DNA of 64,000 nt from the NCBI GenBank assembly GCA_038087875.1, contig CM075984.1, positions 34,658,001-34,722,000 of the forward strand, written 5' to 3'. How positions within the stretch are numbered: the first letter of the stretch is position 1; every line of letters starts with the position of its first letter. The DNA is from Malacoraja senta (lineage: Eukaryota). Below are positions 41,301 to 53,300 of this stretch, piece after piece. The notes below the pieces were generated by a model that was given only the letters and a program-made list of their open reading frames with translations, was not told the DNA's origin and searched no databases. The position numbers and the translations under genes were made by a program.

Positions 41301-44300
41301 CGACCCTGGGAGGACCCAACCCTGACCCTGGGAGGACCCAGCCCCGACCCTGGGAGGAACCAGCCCTGACCCTGGGAGAGACAGAAATTGAGAATAGGGG
41401 TAATGAATAATGGGTTTCAGGAAACAGAATCAACACTTGAAACTTGAGTCATGAACAGGAATACAATTTAGGAAGGAATATAAAACTAAAACATAAAATA
41501 ATCCGTACAACTAAGTTAAATGTAATTTATGGAGTGAGCAAGAAGAATTTGCGGTACAAATCTGCATTGCCGTCTGTACAAAAGGATTATCGGAGATGAC
41601 AATAGATTTTTTTCTACAGTTTCTTTAGTTTTTTAAAATATGTTCTCCCTTTTTCTTTGATAAGACACTTCTGCTGATGAGATAATGGGTTCACTGGCTG
41701 CTCCCTGGTTGTGGCCATCATTCCTGTATCTGGCCATAAAATCTGGATAAATACCATCCTGGTGTGACCATTAATTTCTACACTTTCCGATGCCTACATG
41801 AGAGATCCTCAGCACTTTTTGCCTCTATCCTTCATGCAGATCAGAAGAGTGTGCAATACATTCTCAAACTTGCAGTACTCCCACTCTCACTCCATCAACT
41901 TTGTATTAGCTAAGGAGACTTTCTTGCCAATTGCTCTTGCTTTCATGAAAGTGCTAGACGTGACCTGGGTACTGATTCACAGGCTCCTCGCTATCTACCT
42001 CGCCTCACCACTCTTCACTACTTATTCCAGACTGTGTGCCCACACACAATGGATCAGTGTATTCTGCAGATAACACTTGCTGTACCAGATCTGAGAAAGT
42101 CTGATGAATTATACGCTTTACGTAATCGCGACTGCAATTTCCCAATGAGCACTTGATGGGAGAGTGGAGGATGCTTTATCCGGTATCTAATCCATGTTAT
42201 GCCTAATGTGGGAGCATCAATAAAACAGCATGGAGGTGTTTTAATTCTCAGTATAACACACACTGCATTTGACATGGGAATGTTTGTTGGGACATTTTAA
42301 AGGAAGATTAAAATTGTTTGAAACTGTTCAATACAATGTATATGACCTGTAAGTAAGTGGTACTTGCATCAGCTGTAAAGAAGTGATTAATAATCCTCTG
42401 TATTACTCATCTTGAATGGCACAAAGAAAATTCATAAAAACTGATTCTGGAATTACACTGTGAAACTTTTGAAAACAGATCAAGCCATTTGAAATGGTAT
42501 GCCAAACACAGGGGGAAGTAATTTGAGGATAAACAAAAAAACTGCAGCATCTTACAGTACATACAGAGCATCAGGTTCCGAGTTTACAGAGTCAGCATGG
42601 ACAAATAACATTTTGCTGATGACAGATCCTCCAGCCAAGGAAGCAGCTAGTCCAGCTCGTAAACCTGAAGGGAGGTGTACAGGACAGAGTCAGTGACAAG
42701 GTGCAGCACAAAGTGGAACCAGCTACACCCCCACCTGAATAAAAGGTGTCCCCCGAGTTAACATTGTTGAGTCCAGTATGAAAGCATCGTTCAGATCCTC
42801 AGGCCCCCCCCCCCCCCCACCCCCGCTCCCCACACTTTGTGACACATGATGTCCCAGATGGTGATGTCAGGTATTGAATTGAGAAAGGAAAGTCAAAAGA
42901 CAAAATAATTTGCAGATTATTGTGAGAGAGTAACAGCAGGATCAGAACAATCCATATAACATGCTCCAACAATTCAAGTTAAAACTCAGAAAGTTAGAAT
43001 ATCTAGTTCAAATTCTATGTTACAGTTGAGATAGATCCTCAGAGTGGTACTTATTTCTGGTTATCCTCCATAATTTGTTGAACTAATCTGTAATATTTGA
43101 CTGCAGTTTAGATCTGTCGCCTTTAAATCTGCATTGATTAGCACTGCTGATGTGATCTCACTGGGCCAACCACAAGAGGTCCCTGTGGCATGTCAGATTT
43201 CAGTTTAATAAAATCACTTACTTGGATAAAGAATCTTGGAGTTTAACATTGGCAAATTGTCTCGATTTCCTGTTGGAGTGGGAAGTGAAGAGGAACTCCC
43301 AATGGACAGGCTTCCTTTACTGATCCTCCTCTCACATGGAGACTTTGGCACTGCAATAAGGAAGCATATTGGTGTTCCGCTACATTTTGCTGACTATTGC
43401 TTGGTCAGAATACATCCATTTACACTTCATATATATACAAAAAAATTATTTAAAATTTGGAAGAAACCCTTTATGGATGGAACTACAATAAGACCTCAAA
43501 CCAGCTAACTTCTGCAACTCAATGAAAAATGACATGTATGTTTGTACGTTGCTATATTTTAAGAGCTCATATTCAATTCATTTCGAAAAACAGGCACCTT
43601 TCTCAACAGGCTCGAGTAATAAAAACAATCGCTGAGTTTGCTGCTTTGAGTTTCTGAGTCGTCTGTATAAAACAAGGTTTTATTTTTACCGTTTGACTAA
43701 ATTTTCTGATATTTCACCCCCACTGTTTAACATTCTTTACTCTAAAAGCCAGATGCAACAATCAAAGATCATTGCCACTTTTGCCATTGGATATTCGACA
43801 ATGTCATTCCTAGAAATCAACATTGTTTGCATTGTTATTTTACAAACCTCAGTCGGTGCAATTCCTACCCTCAGACCTTAGTTGGTATTACTCCAGGCCC
43901 CAGACAATTAATGACATTGTCCTTGCCTCATGACTTCAGTTGATGTCCCTTTACTCCATGGAGCATGAACCTTGAACTACACTTTGATTATTGACATTCT
44001 CCCCTGTCCCCAGTAGATGGCAGCCTTGCCTGAAACTTTGAACTTCAGCTTGCAGTACTTGGTCAATGCACCAAGTGCGACAAGTTTGTTTTTGCCCAAA
44101 GGCCTTGCACAACGGCATCTTTAATATTTTTGCAGTGCGTAATCCTGTCCTAATACTCTTGCCTTGTCCATTGCCATTAACATAAAGTATCTTCCAGCTT
44201 TGACCTTATCCTGAACCTTGATCAGTGACAATCTTGATAAACAACTTAGTTAATTGTTGTTTCTGTGCTATTTCCATTCATTTCACTCACCTCTTTTAAT

Positions 44301-47300
44301 GCCATCCTCAATTGCTAATCAATTTTCCTTTCTTATAAACATACCTTTGCTCTTTCTCGCAAGCTTTTTATAATAACCGTCAATCTCACTCGAGCCCCAT
44401 CTTCTTTTCCCTTGGTCCTTCCACAACATTTTTTTCTCTACTGTGTGGGAAGTAGCTGCAGACGTTGGTTTACACCGGAGATAGACACAAAATGCTGGAG
44501 TAACTCAGTGGGACAGACAGCATTTCTGGATACTATACTATACTATACTATAGGTCTGGATAGAAGGTATGGGTGACGTCATCCATTCATCTATCCTTCT
44601 ATCCAGAGATAATAATAATAATAATAGATTTTATTTATATAGCGCTTTTCAGGACTCAAAGTCGAGCTGTCTGCCCCGCTGAGTTTCTCCAGCATTTTGC
44701 GCCTATCTTTTTTCTCTACTGCTATCTTTCTCCATTTCCCACCACGATTCTCTTGAAAACCCAGAATCCCTTACGCACCATCCATGGGCACGCCAACCCC
44801 AGCTGCGTCTATGTTGTGCACTCCTTATACTACTTCATCATAGGCAATTACTTATCCGAAGTTTGATACCTTTCCGGTTGACCCTTCCTTTAATGTTAGT
44901 GCTATATGAGGAGTGCAGAGAGATTTTGTCTTCGTTTTGGGTGTCTTTTCCTTCTTCTTCAGAGCAAACACCAAAGTTATAACCTTCTTGGTCTTGTGTC
45001 TGTGCGTTCTGTTCATCAACAGCTGAATAATGCAAAAATAATAGGATCATGTATATGAACTTATTCAATATTGGTTAGCTTCATAATAGCTTTCTTCTCT
45101 CAAATGTGCTTCTCATCCAAAATAAAGATACATTAATAATTGATGGCATACTGCTATATTTAAAACATTTGTTGATACGTCAAATTTCTGCAGAAATTAA
45201 ATAAACATCATCTTAGCACATACAGAAACCAGTATTTGCTGTTCATGCAGTGGAACAGTGGTCATTTTAGATGCTCTTCTATCATGTTAAAATATAATTG
45301 TACGATTTTGGTTGCATGATAATAGGCATTGCAAAATTTCTGGGCTTGAAGGTTTGAAAGTTTTGTAACTTGAAAGTTTGCCACCAGTTTTCCGGTCCAA
45401 TCATCACCTTCAACAGATTGGGCCTGGCGTCCGGACTGGATGGAAGAGATCCTTCGAAAAGTGCCACCTTAATTGACTAGCACAATGTGGGCAGGTGAGA
45501 GTTATTATGTAGCATTTGATAAAGTGAGTCAGAAACTGGCTGTATAATAGAGCATGAGTGGGGGTATGGACTGGAGACTCACCATGCACTTAAGGGAAGT
45601 GTGAGGGACACCTGATTTGAGAATTGTGTGATTGGTGTAATGGGGATGCGAAACATAGAAACATAGAAAATAAGTGCAGGAGTAGGCCATTCGGCCCTTC
45701 GAGCCTGCACCGCCATTCAATATGATCATGGCTGATCATCCAACTCAGTATCCTGTACCTGCTTTCTCTCCATACCCCCTGATCCCTTTAGCCACAAGGG
45801 CCACATCTAACTCCCTCTTAAATATAGCCATTGAACTGGCCTCAACTACATTCTGTGGCAGAGAATTCCAGAGATTCACCACCCTCTGTGTAAAAAATGT
45901 TTTTCTCATCTCAGTCCTAAAAGATTTCCCCTTTATCCTTAAACTGTGACCCCTTGTTCTGGACTTCCCCAACATCGGGAACAATCTTCCTGCATCTAGC
46001 CTGTCCAACCCCTTAAGAATTTTGTAAGTTTCTATAATATCCCCTCTGAATCTTCTAAATTCTAGCAAGTACAAGCCGAGTCTATCCAGTCTTTCTTCAT
46101 ATAAAAGTCCTGACATCCCAGGAATTAGTCTGATGAACCTTCTCTGTACTCCCTCTATGGCAAGAATGTCCTTCCTCAGATTAGGAGACCAAAACTGTAC
46201 GCAATACTCCAGGTGTGGTCTCACCAAGACCCTGTACAACTGCAGTAGAACCTCCCTGCTCCTATACTCAAATCGTTTTGCTATGAATGCTAACATACCA
46301 TTCGCTTTCTTCACTGCCTGCTGCACCTGCATGCCTACTTTCAATGACTGGTGTACCATGACACCCATGTCTCGTTGCATCTCCCCTTTTCCTAATCGGC
46401 CACCATTCAGGTAATAGTCTACTTTCCTGTTTTTGCCACCAAAGTGGATAACCTCACATTTATCCACATTATACTGCATCTGCCATGCATTTGCCCACTC
46501 ACCCAGCCTATCCAAATCATCTTGCAGCCTCCTAGCATCCTCCTCACAGCTAACACTGCCCCCCAGCTTCGTGTCATCTGCAAACTTGGAGATGTTGCAT
46601 CCAATTCCCTCGTCTAAATCATTAATTGAAGTGGCCCAAGGACCCAATTAAACATTTTATTTACTTAATTAAACCCCTGGGCCCTTCACATCCTCTAAGG
46701 TTGATGGCTACAGGATTAAAACTATCCTAGAAATATCCAAAAAAGGGCATCCTCAGGACAACATGATCCAAGCTCCCCAGCAGCGCACAGAGATATCACA
46801 GCACAGAAATCATATGGAGGTCACAGGTTTATGACACAGCAAGAAATGTCTAGTTGAATTTCATGCTTTAAACTGGAAAATCATATAAACCATGATTACA
46901 TAGAAACATAGAAAATAGGTGCAGGAGTAGGCCATTCGGCCCTTCAAGCCTGCACCGCCATTCAATATGATCATGGCTGATCATCCAACTCAGTATCCTG
47001 TACCTGACTTCTCTCCATACCCCCTGATCCCTTTAGCCGCAAGGGCCACATCTAACTCCCTCTTAAATATAGCCAATAAACTGGCCTCAACTACCTTCTG
47101 TGGCAGAGAATTCCAGAGATTCACCACTCTCTGTGTGAAAAATGTTTTTCTCATCTCGGTCCTAAAAGATTTCCCCCTTGTCCTTAAACTGTGACCCCTT
47201 GTCCTGGACTTCCCCAACATCGGGAACAATCTTCCTGCATCTAGCCTGTCCAACCCCTTCAGAATTTTGTAAGTTTCTATAAGATCCCCCCTCAATCTTC

Positions 47301-50300
47301 TAAATTCTAGCGAGTACAAACCGAGTCTATCCAGTCTTTCTTCATATGAAAGTCCTGACATCCCAGGAATCAGTCTGGTGAACCTTCTCTATACTCCCTC
47401 TATGGCAAGAATGTCTTTCCTCAGATTTGGAGACCAAAACTGTACGCAATACACCAGGTGTGCTCTCACCAAGACCCTGTACAACTGCAGTAGAACCTCC
47501 CTGCTCCTATACTCAAATCCTTTTGCTATGAATGCTAACATACCATTCGCTTTCTTCACTAACCTGCTGCACCTGCATGCCTACTTTCAATGACTGGTGT
47601 ACCATGATACCCAGGTCTCGTTGCATCTCCCCTTTTCCTAATCGGCCACCATTCAGATAATAGTCTACTTTCCTGTTTTTGCCACCAAAGTGGATAACCT
47701 CACATTTATCCACATTATACTGCATCTGCCATGCATTTGCCCACTCACCCAGCCTATCCAAGTCACCTTGCAGCCTCCTAGCATCCTCTTCACAGCTAAT
47801 ACTGCCCCCCACCTTTGGGTCATTCGCAAACTTGGAGATGTTGCATTCAATTCCCTCGTCCAAATCATTAATATATATTGTAAATAGCTGGGGTCCCAGC
47901 ACTGAGCGTTGCGGTACCCCACTAGTCACTGCCTGCCATTTTGAAAAGGACCCATTTACTCCTACTCTTTGCTTCCTGTTTGCCAGCCAGTTCTCTATCC
48001 ACATCAATACTGAACCCCCAATACCGTGTGCTTTAAGTTTGTATACTAATCTCTTATGTGGGACCTTGTCGAAAGCCTTCTGAAAGTCCAGATATAACAC
48101 ATCCACTGGTTCTCCCTTATCCTGGTTGCATTTGTAGGGCAAAATGCAATCAAATATTCAGAAAGTAATGTTTCAGCCATGAAAGGAAGAGTGAATCATA
48201 TCTCAGTTTGGTTGTTGCTAATCTTTAATTCAATGGAACTGGAGCCTGACGTTTGTGTACAAAGTGGTTTGATACCTTTGTATGAACTGATCAGAATGCC
48301 TAATGCCTGTAGATATTGCACAATTACAGAGTGAGCTGCTGTTGATTTCTCACCTTTTTCTGCATGTTCTATGATCTGTCGTATTGCTTTCTTCAAACTA
48401 TTTGCCCGCAACATTAATTGCTCCCTGGGCCGGAAGATCTGTGGCCTGGGTGAGCAGGCTGGTCTTTCATCGACAATGTCGCACATGATGTTGGCTGTCT
48501 CGCCATCTTCCTGCTCCTCTGCAATTGTTGGCGGTGGGTTTGGTAGAGAGGATATTGCCTGAGATTCGTCACTGAGTGTTTTGAGCAGCGAGTCCAGTTT
48601 TTCATTAAGGACAGAGCACTGTAGTTAAGAGATAACATAAATAAGTCCTATTCTGGCAATAAACTGTGATCGTGGAAGGATGGATGTAAAATTTTGATTT
48701 ATGGTTTAAAGCAAGCATTAGGAGTTAGACACAAAAAGCTGGAGTAACTCAGCGGGACAGGCAGCATCTCTGGAGAGAAGGAATGGGTGACGTTTCGGGT
48801 CGAGACCCTTCTTCAGACTTCTTAAGCATTAGTAGTTGACTGTTGAGGTGTATATTAAAAACAAAACTGAGCATAGGTGCTCAAGGATATGATCGCGCAG
48901 AAAATATAGCAAAACATTTATCATTTATAATGATAAGAGCAAAAAAAAAGGATGACATAAAGATCTACATACAACTGCTGGGAGGCTAATGTGGAGATAA
49001 TACAGCATCCTAGTCCTAGGTATGTATGTTCCAACATACCATTCAACATCCTCATATTTACTGCATACTTTCTTGCTTGTGGCATTCTCCCAGTTTTGTG
49101 AATTAAATTCCATTTGCCATTTTATAGTCCACATTACATATCCAATTCCTGCAATCTATAGCCTACTGACTCAATTTTGCCACTCTCCCGCTACTAAAGA
49201 AAGGTAAAAGCTGATTCTGAAGAAGCTCCATTAACGTGCAAAGAGTCAGCAGAAGGATGTCAGGGGAAATCAGTGATACAGATGATATAACTTTTTATCA
49301 TTAAAAGACAAACTACTTGAGGAACTCAGCAGGTCAAGCAGCATCTGTGGAGGCAAAGCAATGGTCAATATTTGAATTGGACCCTAATAAATTTTACAAT
49401 GAGCCCAATGAATTTCAAGGAAGTGCTGGAATCAGGACCCCAGTGATTTCAAGGAAATGTTAGAAACAGAATCAGGTGAGTTTAAAGGAGCCCAGAGTAG
49501 ATTAGACGGAGCACAGGAACCTGGCCTTGGTGAGCCTAAATATTCAAGAAGGAACTGCAGATGCTGGAAAATCGAAGGTAGACAAAAGTGCTGGAGAAAC
49601 TCAGCGGGTGCGGCAGCATCTATGGAGCGAAGGAAATAGGCAACGTTTCGGGTCTGAAGAAGGGTTGCCTATTTTCTTCGCTCCATAGATGCTGCCGCAC
49701 CCGCTGAGTTTCTCCAGCACTTTTGTCTACCTTGGTGAGCCTAATGGCATACCAATGGTATTTCCAACCAGTGGAATAGTTGATTATCAGAGTTTCATTG
49801 CATAAAGGAATCCAGATCAGCAAGAAATGTGCAGAGTGTGAGAGTAAAAAGTGTATTCTGTTCAGTTAAATGGGTCTCACACCTAGTGGTCCCATGCACA
49901 AGGAATTGAACAGTTGTTAATGTATACAGTGAATACTAGAAACTGTAGAAATGTACGCCAATAAATGTCACAGTGACTAAAAAATGGAACATGAATCAGA
50001 AGCCAACAGTAGCCCACAGCACTTGTCTTCCTGCATACCTTTCTTGCCATGGTCTCAGATTCTTCCCTGCTCTCTGATGTCCTTTCATATGCCTTCCCAA
50101 CCCGGGCCACAAAATCTTTAACTGTTTCACAAAGCACTCTGTAAGGAGAAAATGGGTTAACAAAGCACATTATATTATTCAATCATGCACCTGGTACATT
50201 TTCCTCTGCTAGGTATAATACTAAATAGCCTCTATATTTATTTTAGTCCACTGATTTGCAATGGTTAATGAAGCCATTAAACTATCACCACTGTCAATTA

Positions 50301-53300
50301 ATTGCAGTAAATTCTTGTGATTAAGGCATTTTAATTCAAAATATATATACTCCATTGCACACCTCTGTAATGTTCAGTCCAAGTTCTGTAATGTATGGTT
50401 CTGAGACAGCAACTGTCCTTGAGCCCCCTGAGCCATGACGGACACTTCACTTCAGTGGTGCCCATCCATTCTGGCCACTGAGCACTGAACTGAACTTAAG
50501 AACTCAAATCCCCCTGAAGCTATGTGCTTTGCAGTACAAAATCTGCTTAGTCCTTCATTGTGTTAATAGGGCCACCCCAAATTCAAAATAATCACAAACA
50601 AAGGTCTATTACTATTTGGCAGTGCGATAAAACTGCAATGAATCAATAATTATTCTTTTTAATCTCATGGTTAAAGTTTTAAATGTTGACACCTTAGGTA
50701 ACTAACTAGCATTGAATTATAGTAACTGCTGGGAGTGCTCTTTGGGGTCGGAAATCGCATTCCTGGTCAATAAAGACCAAGAAGTTACAGCACAACTATA
50801 TTTATTACAATATAACTTGATTATATCTTTCGCTTTCATCGCATTTCATCTGATATTTGTTGATAGAAAGTTTGAGAAAGCTAAACTGTTCTTAATGCCA
50901 GAGTAGTCATGCACTACAATTTTGCTTCCACTGGTCAAATGATATTTGATTCAAATTATGACAGCAGCTGTTTCAATGCCCAGAACAGTGGCTGCTATTC
51001 TGATTTGAGGAAAAAAAGCCACTTTATACTTTGGCCTACATTTAGAATGGGATCAGTAGAAGAGGAGGCAGCTGGATAAAGTAATAAGGGTGGAGGAGGG
51101 AGTATTTGAAGTAATTCAAATTGGTAAAAGTAATGAGCTGGCATATTCCAAGTTCTTCTTCTTACAAGATACTCACTTTGCTGATGATATTACCACCGAA
51201 TGCTGATCTGATGTCAGGATTTGGACAAATGTGCTGCGACTGAATCCTCATAAGATGAAATCTGCTGCACCTGAGCAAAATTGGAATGATAAATAAATCA
51301 GCTGCTCTTATAATTTACCCGACACCACTTCAACGAAATAAGAGGGCTATTGTTTATCTTGCCTGGGACTAAAGGAGGGAACTCTAGAATACAACCTGGG
51401 CAATCAAACCTGCAATGAGATTAATGTGTTACTCAATATGATCATGTTTGATTTCGATCTTTTACCATTGGAACACCCATCAAATCATCCCTTACTCTTG
51501 TCAATTTTTTTTTACCATTTGTTAAAAATTATCATTGCAAAGGAATTGTGATTAGAGCTACATGCAGACATGACACAGAACTCAGATTTAAAAACCAAGA
51601 TGGAACTTGCTAAAATCAGCAAACATCTGTGCCCCATGGCGAGGTTATATCTGTGAACACTTCCCCTTAGTCGCACTATAATGTTTAATATTATAATGTG
51701 TACAATATGCTGTGTTTGAAGGATTACCACTTTCTCACAGGTGATGAATTCATTAGATAACCATTGTTTTCAACTAATGAAATCTATGAAAGAATTAAGG
51801 GGTGGCTCGGTGGCACAGTGGTAGAGTTGCTGCCTTACGGTGTCAGAGACGCGGGTTCGATCCTGACTACGGGTGCTGTCTGTACGGAGTTCTTTCTCCC
51901 CGTGAACGTATGGGGTTTCTCCGGGTGCTCTCGGGTTTCCTCCCACATTCCAAAGACATCCAGGTTTGTAGGCTTCAGCGAAAATTGTAAATTGTCCCTA
52001 GTGTGTAGGATTGTATTAATGTACTGGGATGACTAGTTGGCGCGGATTCTTGCCGAATGGCTTGTTTCCACGCCGTATCTCTAAACTAAACTAAACTTCA
52101 CAAGGGCAGTACAATGTGCAGCATGTAACCGAGGATAAAATTCTACTCTATTTTGTTTTTCTCCCATACTGTGCAACTCTTTACCTCTAAATCATCACAG
52201 AAATCTTCATTTCCTATTGAAGAGGGATGTCGAGGGAGTTTTGTTTCATAAACCATGATACCCCATCTGTAAAAATGAAGATAACGGTTAGTAATTCTTT
52301 ACTGGTTTTTCATTTTCTGAAAGACAGTCCACTATCTTTAGTTATAATGCCATGCTCATTAACACACTTTTACTCATGCCTGGCACCTTTACTCCTTTCC
52401 TCAGCATGCACCATTCCCTTTCCACCACTATATGTACTATTAACCCTCTATGGCTGCAGCATTATCCTCCTTCACTATGTTCCAGCATTATCCCAATCGC
52501 ACTGCCACAATGAATTCCCTTCTAAATATTTCCAACTAACCGGAGTTAGCATGTGCATCCACAGTGAATAGCTTCTACCATATGCAGAACTTCCTGTTAC
52601 CTGCTCTCTGCTGTTTCCTAGTTGCTCGGCCCTCATTCCCTAAACTGGCTCATTTATTAACTTGCAAGAGTTGGTAATACATGCTATTGTCTCAGCAATA
52701 TGCACAGTATGTAGTGATGTTTATATATTAGGTCAGTAAACAATTTTATATTTTCTCAATCACTAAGCATTTTTGGTTCCATCACAAATCTTCACTGCTT
52801 ATGGATGGGTTTTCTTATATCCTCTCTTCCTTGTTAATGCACCATTTTGAGTTAGCAATTCAACAGACATAAACAAACGCCCAAGCCTAGAATTTCAGCA
52901 GGTGACTTGACTTAGCAGCCGAGATTAGGAATTGTAATTAGAAGCAGGAACCTTGACTGCTTAGTTCTCCAAAGATTAAAGGTGGCAAATTCATTACGTA
53001 ACAAATGTGTACATTAACAAAATCAGTATAGAGGGATATAGCCATATCTCTGATTTATTAATAGAAAGGATAGCCAGTGCATTCTCAAATGATGCTCTCA
53101 CCGATCCAGCATTTTTGTACTTGCTCGTTCCAGTTTCTCCAGGATTTGTGGAAGTTGCGTGTCATCATCACAGGCTGATCCCCATCCCAGCACTCGTGCT
53201 AAGTCATTCCCTGTGCCCAAAGGTAGTACTCCCATCTGGCACTGAAGAATGTTTAAAGTTATTAAAGAAAATAGACCTAACATCAATTTCTAGAAACATC

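Noticed and set aside
45745-46647. 300-aa ORF as a host gene
   Set aside because: It is the C-terminal part of a CR1 reverse transcriptase, 5'-truncated, with its start codon supplied by flanking DNA.
50400-50530. Possible intronic snoRNA/scaRNA (GC-richer patch with ATGACG/CTGA words)
   Set aside because: Box-like words are on the strand opposite DGKD, and no terminal stem or guide could be supported.
51799-51875. tRNA gene (A and B boxes)
   Set aside because: Continues into a SINE body and tail and recurs several times in the window; no full cloverleaf.
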